This document shows positions 1 to 11,044 of a DNA stretch of 64,000 bases, piece by piece; within the stretch, counting starts at the first letter, position 1; every line of letters begins with the position of its first letter. A model generated the notes under the pieces. That model did no database searches and had not been told where the DNA came from. It saw only the letters and a list, made by a program, of their open reading frames with translations. A program made the translations under genes and the position numbers. Origin of the DNA: Haliotis cracherodii (Eukaryota); the NCBI RefSeq assembly GCF_022045235.1, contig NW_027266268.1:7502001-7566000 (forward strand), given 5' to 3'.

Positions 1-339
1 CAAAGGCTGGTATCATTAGCTAATACATTGAGCAGGTGCCCGTGCCTCGCACTGCCCATAAAACCTGGCCACTACAAATTGCATGTGTATTAGTCACTAA
101 TCAGTGTGTTTTCTGGCAATTCTCGTGAAATTTATACTTCACCATGCAAGGTCACGTGGCCTTCTGGCCCTGATGTCAATGAATAGCGGTGATCTGGTGC
201 TGTAACCCCTGTCATTGTGCCGAGCCGGAGTTGTGGGTACATCAAGGATGCACCATGGGAATATAGCGGGGGGGGGGGGGGGGGGGGGGTGTCACGTCCG
301 CTGAGATCACTGAAAGAATGATGTGGGTGTTCTTGATGT

Positions 340-572
340 TTGTTTGTTGTTTAACGCTGCACTCAGCAATATTCCAGCTATAGCTGTAAATTATCGAGTC
401 TCGACCAGACAATCCAATGATTGACACGCAATTGGGACCGATGACATGCATCATACCAAGTCAGCGAGCCTGACCACCCAATCCCGTTAGTCGCCTTTAA
501 CGACAAGCATAGTCGCCTTTTAGTCAAGCATGGGTTGGTGAAGACGTATTCTACCCGGGATCTTCACGGGTC
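340..572 (-). mobile_element. SINE-like retroposon family A, full length, 12-bp TSD
   Basis: TSD TGTTCTTGATGT at 328-339 and 573-584; starts GACCCGTGAAG; ends ...GCGTTAAACAAC(AAAC)n; >10 homologous copies in window. Confidence 0.9.
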
Positions 573-608
573 TGTTCTTGATGTGGTGATGGTAAGGATT
601 ATTATATG

Positions 609-1157
609 GGTCCCGTTGCACAAAGCGATCTTATCGCAAATGTCAACGATGATAAGTTCCACCCGTAACCAATATTGCCTGTGTGTCGTGAAAAAATTGT
701 TCCTTGTGAGAACTGTTCCATGGGAAACCGGGGGACACGGGTGGCACAGTTGTCTAAGGCACCCCAATTCACTGTGCAGAATTCCGTCCCTTGGGCACGC
801 CAGAAACCTATGATTGTGGGTTCGAACCCGGTTCGCCCTGATTATGTTTCTAGGTTTGTCAGCACCATACCCGTGCTCGTGGGTTTCACCAAAGTGGTAA
901 ACATCTGAGACCTGCATCACTTCGGGCTTTCCTCCCACATTAAGCTGACACGCCGCGATATAACTGGAATAATGTTAAAAGCGGCGTTAAACCCAACTCA
1001 CTCACTCACTCCATGGGAAACCCCTGAGAAACAGATTACGCAGGACATCGTCATAACAGGAACAGACACTCTTTGACACAACCACCATCATCAGTACCTA
1101 TACTTAACGTCGACTTAAGAGAGTCGTATCGCTAAGATCGCTTTGTGCATATGGCCC
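609..1157. mobile_element. MITE (PIF/Harbinger-like, 3-bp TSD) interrupted by a family B SINE
   Basis: Imperfect TIRs GGTCCCGTTGCACAAAGCGATCTTATCG / rc GGGCCATATGCACAAAGCGATCTTAGCG; ATG duplicated at 606-608 and 1158-1160. Confidence 0.65.
730..1009 (+). mobile_element. tRNA-derived SINE family B (V-domain-like body), full length, 13-bp TSD
   Basis: TSD TCCATGGGAAACC at 717-729 and 1010-1022; A-box-like TGGCACAGTTGT 742-753; B box GGTTCGAACCC 819-829; GTGGGTTTC...CTTTCCTCCCAC body; (ACTC)n tail. Confidence 0.9.
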
Positions 1158-1757
1158 ATGGTACCGAGCGGAATATAACTATTCAAACCAATAACTATCT
1201 ATATATATTGCAAACGGACTCACTGACTGTTTGGGTATACATACTCCACCAATACTCCACCAATAAAGTTTACACCCCACAGGAAGACAAAATAGTACGT
1301 GCTGACTTGACGCTGGGGGTAATTCGTCGAAGTGACGGTGCTGAAGGATGCATCCCGAATAAGTTGGGGGAGGGGGGGGGGGGGGGGGGGGGGGACTAGC
1401 TCTTACCGTGTTGACATAATCTGAAGAGAGAGCGGGAAATGGAAGGCAGTTTAGTGCACGCTGAAATTAGGGTGAAAGCTTTTCAAAGCGAAGGAAATAA
1501 GTTAATTTAGATATCTTTCACAAGTGACAAATCTCCCCACGGAACGTTTTAATTCTGTATGCTTCATTTGGCCATTTGAAAAGAGGAAAGCACCCCTCGC
1601 TCTGCACATGATAAGATGAAAGCTTTGATAGAGTGAAAGTAGCGGGTCTTGGACAGGGGAGAAGTGATGTCAGTCCATGGACATCTCAACACTCAGGTTT
1701 GGTAGGCAATTTAATGGAAGCAACACTTTATTTACAAACGTCGTGATGGGCTTTCAC

Positions 1758-1845
1758 CTCAGCCCATCGATGTCTTGGTAGTGTTTGACGTTCTTGCCGT
1801 CTTGGGTATATTTGGCGAGCTTCCTCGTACTACTTCTCCCGTTGT
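1758..1845 (-). CDS. Possible isolated 88-bp coding exon (DNGRSSTRKLAKYTQDGKNVKHYQDIDGLR), product unknown
   Basis: Flanked by cag| and |GTGAAA on minus strand; strong third-position C/G bias; no recognisable homology. Confidence 0.2.
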
Positions 1846-2004
1846 CTGTGTTACATATGAGATGTCAATTGTTNNNNNNNNNNNNNNNNNNNNNNNNNNN
1901 NNNNNNNNNNNNNNNNNNNNNNNNNNNNNNNNNNNNNNNNNNNNNNNNNNNNNNNNNNNNNNNNNNNNNNNNNNNNNNNNNNNNNNNNNNNNNNNNNNNN
2001 NNNN

Positions 2005-3181
2005 ACCCGTTACTTCACTTATATGTGATACAACTACCCCGTTACTTCCCTTCATGAATATGTGATACCACTACCCCATTACTTTACGAATATGTGATAC
2101 CACTACCCCGTTATTTCACGAATATGTGATACAACTACCCCGTTACTTCACTTCACGAATATGTGATACCACTACCCCGCTACTTCACGAATATGTGATA
2201 CCACCACCCCGTTATTTCACGAATATGTGATACCTCTACCCCGTTACTTCACGAATATGTCATACCACTACCCCGTTATTTCACGAATATGTGATACCAC
2301 TACCCCGTTACTTCACGTATATGTGATACCACTACCCCGTTACTTCACGTATATGTGATACCACTACCCCGTTATTTCACGAATATGTGATACAACTACC
2401 CCGTTACTTCACTTATATGTGATACAACTACCCCGTTACTTCCCTTCATGAATATGTGATACCACTACCCCGTTACTTCACTTCACAAATATGTGATACC
2501 ACTACCCCGCTATTTCACGAATATGTAATACCACTACCCCGTTATTTCACGAATATGTGATACAACTACCCCGTTACTTCACTTCACGAATATGTGATAC
2601 CACTACCCCGTTACTTCACGAATATGTGATACCACTACCCCGTTATTTCACGAATATGTAATACCACTACCCCGCTATTTCACGAATATGTGATACAACT
2701 ACCCCGTTACTTCACTTCACGAATATGTCATACCACTACCCCGTTACTTCACTTCACGTATATGTGATGTCACTACCCCGTTACTTCACGTATATGTGAT
2801 ACAACTACCCCGTTACTTCACTTCACGAATATGATACCACTACCCCGTTACTTCACGTATATGTGATACAACTACCCCGTTACTTAACTTCACAAATATG
2901 ATACCACTACCCCGTTACTTCACGAATATTTCATACCACTACCCCGTTACTTCACGAATATTTGATACCACTTCCCCGTTACTTCACGAATATGTGATAC
3001 AACTACCCCGTTACTTCACGAATATTTCATACCACTACCCCGTTACTTCACTTTACGAATATGTCATACCACTACCCCGTTACTTCACGAATATGTAATA
3101 CCACTACCCTGTTATTTCACGAATATGTGATACCACTACCCCGTTACTTCACGAATATGTCATACCGTTACCCCGTTACTT
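2005..3181. repeat. 32-bp minisatellite (GAATATGTGATACCACTACCCCGTTACTTCAC), ~35 copies
   Basis: Direct tandem repetition with +5-bp (TTCAC) variants; begins at an assembly gap. Confidence 0.95.
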
Positions 3182-3940
3182 GGTCCCCGATGTCTCCACA
3201 TCCAGGAGTGGGAGGGATATGGCACTCGGTGTTAGGAGGAAAAGTACAAATGGTCGACGCGAGGATTGTGAGAATATGCGGGAAATACCAAACTTATTCC
3301 ACCTGTTGGTAAAATGGACTTGTCCGACATTTCCGAGGTAGGATTCTATTCATGGAGTCATCATTATTAAAATTTGGGTAAATATTTTTAAAGCTGATAC
3401 ATTTTATCAACATCCTTAAAGAGTGTAGTGTCGTTTTCATTAAACATTCACCGCCAAGCACACTCGTATTGTTCACGTAAATAAACAAATAAATAAACTT
3501 AATGAAACTGTAGCATGTAGGAAGGCATTAGTACATACAGCATACGTGGAATGGATTCAACGTGTTTCTAGGTTCTACCACACTAAATCAGAATCAGTTG
3601 TTCGGACAGTCTCTTTCTTAGAATGAGTGCAGAATGGGAGAAATCTGGCAGCTGTGATTGGATAATAATGTGAGAGATTTATATCTTTTATATGCACATC
3701 CAGTTATTAAAAAGCTCAATATTTAGTGCTGTCTTTATCAACACGATGACTTATGCTGAATGTGACCACAGATATTTTCAAGCAGGAGGTGCTTTGTTCT
3801 GAACTGGGTTCAGCGTCCTGCACTCTGAAAATTAGCTGGCTGAGCTAGCCGACATTTGCGTTTTTGTTGCAGCTTTAAGGCCAGTCCGCTTACGTGTACA
3901 TGTAATGGTTGATGAATGCCTAGTTATTTAAACAGAAATA

Positions 3941-5445
3941 TACTGAACAACAAAAGTTCCTGTGACATTGAATAAGATTTAATGCCAAGTTATTTTATTT
4001 ACCAAATCTGAAACAATTTCGGTTTGCAACAGATAAAAGACCCCTATAAGTGTTCAAATGGTTTAATATGCCATACTGACTTCAGAAAATGCGTGATTTC
4101 ATATATATAAAAAAACATGAACATGCCAAAATGTCAATTTACAAATCAATAGCGTGTGTGTCCACCTCTGGTTGTGATGCAAGCAACACATATTCGTCTC
4201 ATGGAATGGACCAGGCGTCGCACAAAGTCCTGTGGGATATCTGTCCATATCTGCTGGAGCATGTTTCGAAGTTCCTGGAGTGTTTGTGGAACACGTGGTT
4301 GACGTCGAAGGCGCCGATCCATCTCATCCAACATGTGCTCGATTGGTGAGAGATCAGGGGAGCGAGTCGGCCAGAGGATGACATACACGTTGTTTTGTTG
4401 AAGCGAATCCTGAACAAGTCGAGCAATATGAGGCCGGGCGTTGTCACGTTGAAAGGTAATGCGTTGTCACGTTGAAACGGTAGAACAACAGGGCCGAAGA
4501 TCTCGTCGCGGTAGATGATCTCGTCCATTGAGATTTCCCTCTACCACTATCAAACGGGTCCTCTGTCTTGCTGTAATCCCAGCCGATACCATAACGCCGC
4601 CGCCCCCGAACCGATCTTCTTCCATGACACAATGATTGACGTAACGTTCACCTCGACGTCGGTACACTCGAATCCGTCCATCGCTGTGGCTGAGGTGAAA
4701 ACGAGTGATTAGAACTTGTCCCCACTGCATGGCCGTCAAGCGTAGACGCTGTCTGCACCACTGTAGACGTGCTTGACGATGGTTTTCCGTCAAAATGGGA
4801 CGTCTGGAGGGTCTTCTGGCGACAACCCCTGCCTTTCTGAGGCGGCGACGTACGGTTTGTGAAGATATTCGTCGAAGGCCAGGGATGCTTCTTGCAGTCA
4901 CTGTTGCTGGCTGGAATTGATTTCGTAGGTATGTTGTTCGAATCCAGTTGTCTTGTCGATTATTGGTTATGTGTGGCCTGCCACTCCGAGGATGGTCTCT
5001 GACTGCATTCGCCTGTTGCCAGCGTTGCCACAAACACCAAATGGTGTTTCTGTGGACGATAAATTGTCTTGCAACATCACGTTGACTCGATCCTGCTTCA
5101 AGCATACCAATGGCTCGCAGACGCTCATTTTCGGACAGGCGTTGCATTTCGTAATGCTGAATAATTGCGTAATTTTGTTGTTTTTCTATGTGGTTGTTGT
5201 CAGCACGATGCTAACCAATGCATATGGAATCCCGTTAACGCACATGTTTTTATACCCATTTTGGGGTAGTGAAATGCATGGGGCTTGCATTCAAGTCAAC
5301 TTTTGCATGGAATGCATGCTTTTCTGTAGCATTTGCGTTATTGTGACTTGATTCCATACGTGTACTACAATATTGAAAACCAAAATTTACTTGCTTGAAA
5401 AAAACACTAAAATATTGGTGTCACAGGAACTTTTGTTGTTGAGTA
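3941..5445 (-). mobile_element. Tc1-family DNA transposon (DD34E), full length, defective
   Basis: 27-bp TIRs TACT(G/C)AACAACAAAAGTTCCTGTGACA; TA at 3939-3940 and 5446-5447; transposase inside. Confidence 0.95.
4146..5147 (-). pseudogene. Tc1 transposase pseudogene
   Basis: Paired-like HTH N-terminus (RLRAIGMLEAG...RSGRPH); QRDNARPH...WPTRSPDLSPIEH with exactly 34 aa between D and E; first catalytic D region deleted (QVLITRF); frameshifts near 4460-4530. Confidence 0.9.
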
Positions 5446-5569
5446 TATAACGTTACTATAGAAGTCGAACGTGTGGCCAGAGATCATCTTCTCAAGGCAA
5501 GAGTGTCCACTGGCCTTTTTATCAAAGTCTTGTAGAAACTAGGCTTTGATATAGGCTACTCGACAAGCC

Positions 5570-5750
5570 TACCCCAGGAAGATGCCAAGAGAGCAGAATG
5601 TCGGGGTTCGATCCCAGGCCGTGTCACACCAAAATACGTAAACAGATGATACTTGTTACCCTGCCTGGCGATCGGCGTTAAGGGTCTAAAACAAGGACTG
5701 GTCGGCTCGGAACAAGGAATGAGCGGCTGTCTCGCTTTTATAGGCATAGG
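5570..5750 (+). mobile_element. tRNA-derived SINE family D (Meta/MESC-domain-like), partial
   Basis: B box GGTTCGATCCC followed by CCGTGTCACACCAAA...ATGATACTTGTTACCCTGCCTGGCG...GACTGGTCGGCTCGGAA; homologues at ~58400 and ~61600. Confidence 0.7.
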
Positions 5751-7324
5751 CTACATCTGCTTCGCTGTGTTCTTACAAAGAACAACTCTCCTTTAGTATT
5801 TAGGCGGTCAGATACATAATTCGAAAAACTGTTTTATTTAAAAAACTGCGGCATTCTATCATTTAGGCAGCAGGTTATAAAACGAATGTATCACTGATAT
5901 GTTCAGGATGCTCTTGAGAGAATAAAAATAAATTAAACTTTCCAATTTTATCCCATACAAATTTAATAACGCAATTGTTTTAGATAAAAAAAAACACATT
6001 CTGTCGCGTTTCCATTATTTTATATAATAGCCATAACTCACGTGCTGTTTTTTCCCCTTAAATAATTGTCCTCGTCCTCAAATTGCAATCTCGCATGAGG
6101 AGATTGCCTTGATAGCTTGAATAATTCCGCTGTTGTTTTATACTGCCAAATGTACTTGAATATGGGGTCCGTGAAACAAGATAATTCTGATTTCGAAATA
6201 AAATACCCAAACCACGCATTCCTATTATTGTGAGAAACGACTTACACATGACAGCTCACAAAAATGACATCATAAAGTTTCTATCTAATTTTTATTTCAA
6301 TTAGAATTTGGCCTTGCTTTGACACGCGTTACGTGACAAATACGAAGTATGTTCGTACACAATCGATGTATTTCTGTCGTGTTTGATTAATAATTAGCTA
6401 TTTACGCTGCCCCCGTTCAAGAGTTATTTCGTGAACGTTAATTAACCTTCTGAAAAAACATAACTATGCAAGGTGAAATCACCTAACAAGGTAATTGATA
6501 TTTGTTGCGAGGAGACGAGACATTAATGTATAGCCCGGCGTTGTTTGTGCGCGGGAGCCCAGTTCGGTATATATGTAGCATCTTTAGACACTCCCAGCTG
6601 GTATTCCTCCCTTAATGATCCATCCACGACCCCTTATTGTTCTTTCTATGGTCAAGTATCGCACCCCGTGTGTTAAAGCACCGTCTCGATAAGCTTACCA
6701 AATGAGGTGAAAAAATTATCAAGGGCTCAAAAAGTACTATTCTCCTCACAACTACCTAGAGGGGAGCATGTGCAATTAACCATATTCACTGATTTGACGA
6801 AATTCACTGGAGGGTAGTGCAAAATATCAAAAATAGAGTGTCCTTTAACTGGAGATGCGCGCTGAATGAAGCACGAATGCACAGAGCCGAACCGCAGGCG
6901 GTGATTCTGTTGGCCTGCGCAAGCTGGGGATTGTTAGCCTCGTTCTCGATCTAATCAGCATACTCCCGGCATCCATTGCCCGCAGCCATAATTAGGTCTA
7001 TCGGTACTTCCGTTCAAGCTTTCTCTCATGTGAAATCAGATTTCATTGATCAAGCATGCATTAAATCAATGATTGAAAAGTAAACGAAGGGTTTGTTCAG
7101 GATTATGTGCTCTGTAGTTTTCTCTAGATGGTTAATGATGTTTTTTATCAACCTTTTATAGAGTGTCGTACCTTCTTTTGTTCGTCCATAGGTTGCGGGT
7201 ATTGGTTTTTCCACATACGGTTAGTTGTATGGAAACTATTAGCTATAATCTGGGAGATTTCTCTGCGAGAACTTTATACCAGTGGAAGCATAAGTACCAA
7301 TAATTTGGGGCCGAAAGAGCATGA

Positions 7325-7523
7325 AACATTCTAGAAACGTATGATAATGGGTTCGAATCCCAGATCACCACATATTATTTTTCTAGGTATGTAATCACGA
7401 AACCCGTCCTCGTTGGATTCACTGTAGAGGTGAGCCTTTAAGGCCTGCATAACTTCGAGTATCCTCCCAAGTCAAGATGACAGGCCGTGATATGACCGGA
7501 ATACTGTTCAAAGCGGCGTTAAA
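7325..7523 (+). mobile_element. SINE family B, degenerate
   Basis: GGGTTCGAATCCC, colinear body, tail GGAATACTGTTCAAAGCGGCGTTAAA. Confidence 0.75.
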
Positions 7524-7643
7524 TATGGGCCAGACAGCCGAAGTATGTTTCTCTTTCATATTTTCTGTCATTAATTTAACACTGAAGATAACTGTATCCA
7601 GTATTATTAACTGTGCTTTGCAAATATAAAACAACATGATTAA

Positions 7644-7760
7644 GTGAGTGAGTATTGTTTTACGACGCTCTGTTGCAATATTGCAATTGAATTTACACAT
7701 TGTACCGGGAATCGAACCCGGGCCTTCAGAGTGACGGCGAACACTTTAACCAATAGGCTC
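7644..7760 (-). mobile_element. SINE family C, internally deleted
   Basis: GGAATCGAACCCGGG (B box rc) and (GTGA)n tail. Confidence 0.7.
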
Positions 7761-8564
7761 CACTCGTTTTAGCTTAATTTCCACTCATCACAATGGATGT
7801 CAATAGTAAACTTGCTTTCCCTTCATGAATAAATATTCCTCTTTTATTTCTGTTTGGTCTGTAAACTCAGCCGCGGTGTTTCTATATATTCTCAATTTAT
7901 CGATGTTTTTAACTTTTAATGCTTATTTTCAACTTTTTTAAACTGGCTGTTTCCTGTTATCTGTATTTACCCCAAAGCTATCGCACAATTTTCGTTTTTT
8001 GTTTTTTTATGGCACAATTCGGCTGTGCAGTGTCATACTATCTGTTTATCTAATATTTTTGTTATTGATATTTCTTTGACAACTGCCGTCGGTTTCCAAA
8101 AATAATCTCTTTATCATATAATTTTCCAATAATTATGAAGCCTGGCAAACATGCAATATATGAACAAACACGTAGGATAAACAGCTTGTGAGACCAATAT
8201 TTAATACATAAACACACAAAGCCGTAATGGACTGGTAATGACATTAGTTGTAGGAAAATATTACCGTCTCTGGCACAGCTGTTTGGCTGAACACAAACAC
8301 CACCTCGGTGCCCGGACACCGCGAGTGTGAAACTGTTTTAAACGCGCGGATGCACACGGTGGATGAGTTGTCATGGCGCCATATTGGATTAATTTCAAAA
8401 CAAAAAGTAGTCCACAGTACCAATAACTAACTAGAGTATAGCAACGGGAACACATGGAATTATGCATTGAATAACCACTACGACAATATATGTAGAATAT
8501 ATTTATTGCTGCTGAAAGCAATTGTTGTATTACAATACGAGTGTTATATTTGTTTATATGTGTT

Positions 8565-8779
8565 ATTTGGTCACTCCTATACTGTAACATTGTAAGCCAT
8601 TTGACGGCGGTCTGTAAATAATCTGGACCAGGCAATCCAGTGATTGACATCTTAGCATCGATCTACGCAATTGGGATACGATGACATGCATCAACCAAGT
8701 CAACGGGCCTGACCACCCGATCCCGTTAGTCGCCTCTTATGACATTGGTTGCAGAAGACCCATTCCACTCCGGATCTTC
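8565..8779 (-). mobile_element. SINE-like family A
   Basis: Colinear with 340-572; single-hairpin leader variant. Confidence 0.8.
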
Positions 8780-9232
8780 CTAAGTTGATAGTTTATATGT
8801 TACATTTAGTAATGTTCCATCTGTAAAAGGTCTGTATTTGAAAATGTGGAAGAAAATAAAAGAATATAGCAAAACATGACTGTGACAGAGCAAATTGTTA
8901 ATTACCACAGAGAAAGCAAACATTATTGTGTCTCAATGGTTGAAAGATGAACTCTTTGAGAGGCATTTATTAGAGTTATTAACGGGATTTCTTTTTCAAA
9001 TATATCTACAAGTGACGTACAGACTTCTTATGATAAGATGCATATCATCCATTTGTCTAACCCGCTCTGAAGAGTTCCCTCACTTGGTTGTGCCAGGATC
9101 CTAAATCCTAAATTCGCTCCCATTTGGAATTTAAGAACCCGTGAACGTGCGTTTCTCAACGTTATAAACGTCTATCGTTTGCCGTTGGGGTTTCAGTGAT
9201 CGATATTCTGAGCAACGACCCAAGCCGTCGCG

Positions 9233-9299
9233 GTAATGACGCGCAATCAACCGAGTCACCGAGACAGGCTATCCGATCCATTTAGTTGCCTCTTAAGAG
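9233..9299 (-). mobile_element. Family A fragment, old
   Basis: TCAACCGAGTCA...CCGATCCATTTAGTTGCCTCTTA resembles family A leader/body. Confidence 0.45.
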
Positions 9300-9751
9300 T
9301 ACAATTGTATATAGATGTACTCATAACAAATGTTTATCGCACATTTATTATCTCTATGTAATTATCTTGACAAGATAAAGATGTAAATAATATTCCGAAG
9401 GAAAGGTTTATATTATCTTACTAACCCCGGGGTTTGTCAAAATGACACCCCGTATCGCTTAGAGCAAAGCGAAATTTATGTTCCATGTGACAAGATGCGT
9501 TGTGACATTCGCGATCTTTACATTGATGATCGATCCTCATCATGGTTGCTGAGTACGACATTATTAGCCTCGAGCAGACCAGGGAAGCCTCATTCTCAAT
9601 TGGGATCTGGCTGACGTAGCGTGCCGCCGATGACGTTACTTAGTGCTGCAACAATCGACCACTTGTTTACTGGATCACATCACGTGATCATGCTGACATA
9701 TGCTCACTCGGGAATAAGACCACGTTGTTATGTCCTTTTCTACGAGGAGCA

Positions 9752-9912
9752 TAGAGGTAGCCTCGAGGTTACAGCTCTCGCTGCTCACAGAAAAGAACCG
9801 GGTTCGAGTCACCACAAGAGGGCAATGTGTGAGCCATGTTGGTGTCCCCGCTGTGTAGGTAAGTTCACTCACTCACTCATTTACTCACTCACTCACTCAC
9901 TCACTCACTCAC
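9752..9912 (+). mobile_element. SINE family C, degenerate
   Basis: GGTAGCCTCGAGGTT...CCGGGTTCGAGTC...AATGTGTGAGCC...(ACTC)n. Confidence 0.7.
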
Positions 9913-10000
9913 GTCTTGTCCCTGTCACGGCGACTACGTCCTTGTCCGCGACATGGATCTGCCTCCCTCAGAAGTGCAGGGCAGACCCAGGGCTGTGTAG

Positions 10001-10035
10001 CCGGAAGCTCAAACCCGGAAGCTGTATCCCGGAAG
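10001..10035 (+). promoter_or_regulatory. Three tandem ETS-type sites CCGGAAG at 14-bp spacing
   Basis: CCGGAAG at 10001, 10015, 10029 in a GC-rich patch. Confidence 0.3.
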
Positions 10036-10317
10036 TAAAGACCTTATGCTCCATGGCCCCCGGCTCTAGGGCAGCTCCTGAACTCCGCGCTGCTTCTGGC
10101 TGATTGCTCTTGTGGCTATATCCGGATCACTGGACGAGCAAAACAATATAGGCTTCCATATTTGTAGACATCACAAATATGAGGTGTGTGAAGAGGGAAG
10201 TAGTTTCTGAATTAGAATCGCCGCTCTCCGTTAGAGATCTCTGTTGGTTGATATAAAGGCAATACCGTTTGAGGTGAATAGGGCTGGAATGGCCTTTGAT
10301 TTAGAGGTAGATACGAA

Positions 10318-10783
10318 GAGGTAGACACACAGGTATAGTCAGGTAGACAGACAGGTATACTCAGGTAGACAGACGGGTATAGTCAGATGGATATACAGGT
10401 ATAGTCGGGAAGACATCCTTGTATAGCCAAGTGGACAGACGGGTATAGTCGGGCAGGCGGACAGGTATAGTCGGGTAGACAGACAGGTATAGTCAGGTAG
10501 ACACACAGGTATAGTCAGGTAGACAGACGGGTATAGTCAGGTAGACAGACGGGTATAGTCATGTAGACAGACGGGTATAGTCAGGTAGACAGACAGGTAT
10601 AGTCAGGAAGACAGACGGGTATAGTCAGGTAGACAGACGGGTATAGTCAGGTAGACAGACGGGTATAGTCAGATAGACAGACGGGAATAGTCAGGCAGAC
10701 AGACAGGTATAGTCGGGTAGACACACAAGTATAGTCAGGTAGACAGACAGGTATAGTCAGGTAGACAGACAGGTATAGTCGGG
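10318..10783. repeat. 22-bp minisatellite (AGGTAGACAGACRGGTATAGTC), ~21 copies
   Basis: Direct tandem repetition. Confidence 0.95.
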
Positions 10784-11044
10784 TATCATGATGACATCAT
10801 TTACAGGAGTGACGCCACAAGGTGACACCAACTTGCCAAACATCCTGAACTCAGTAGGAGACACGGATGTGCCATGCTGTTGCGTAAACTTATACTCTTT
10901 TATTATCGTTTAGGTTGTTTTTATATCCTTACAATTACAGATATAGTGACGTACATGATGAGGCGCCATAGAAACCGATCGCCTGATAAAATTTGGCGTG
11001 AAAACAATTACACCATCTGTCTCCTGACGGATACTGAGCCGATC

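Noticed and set aside
535-938. ORFs over 535-938 and similar short ORFs at 20430-20889, 30357, 55874, 59812, 60867
   Set aside because: They are translations of SINE copies; the same peptides recur at each copy.
4089-5351. Plus-strand ORFs inside the Tc1 element (and 57233-57508 in the mariner)
   Set aside because: Antisense shadows of the transposase frames.
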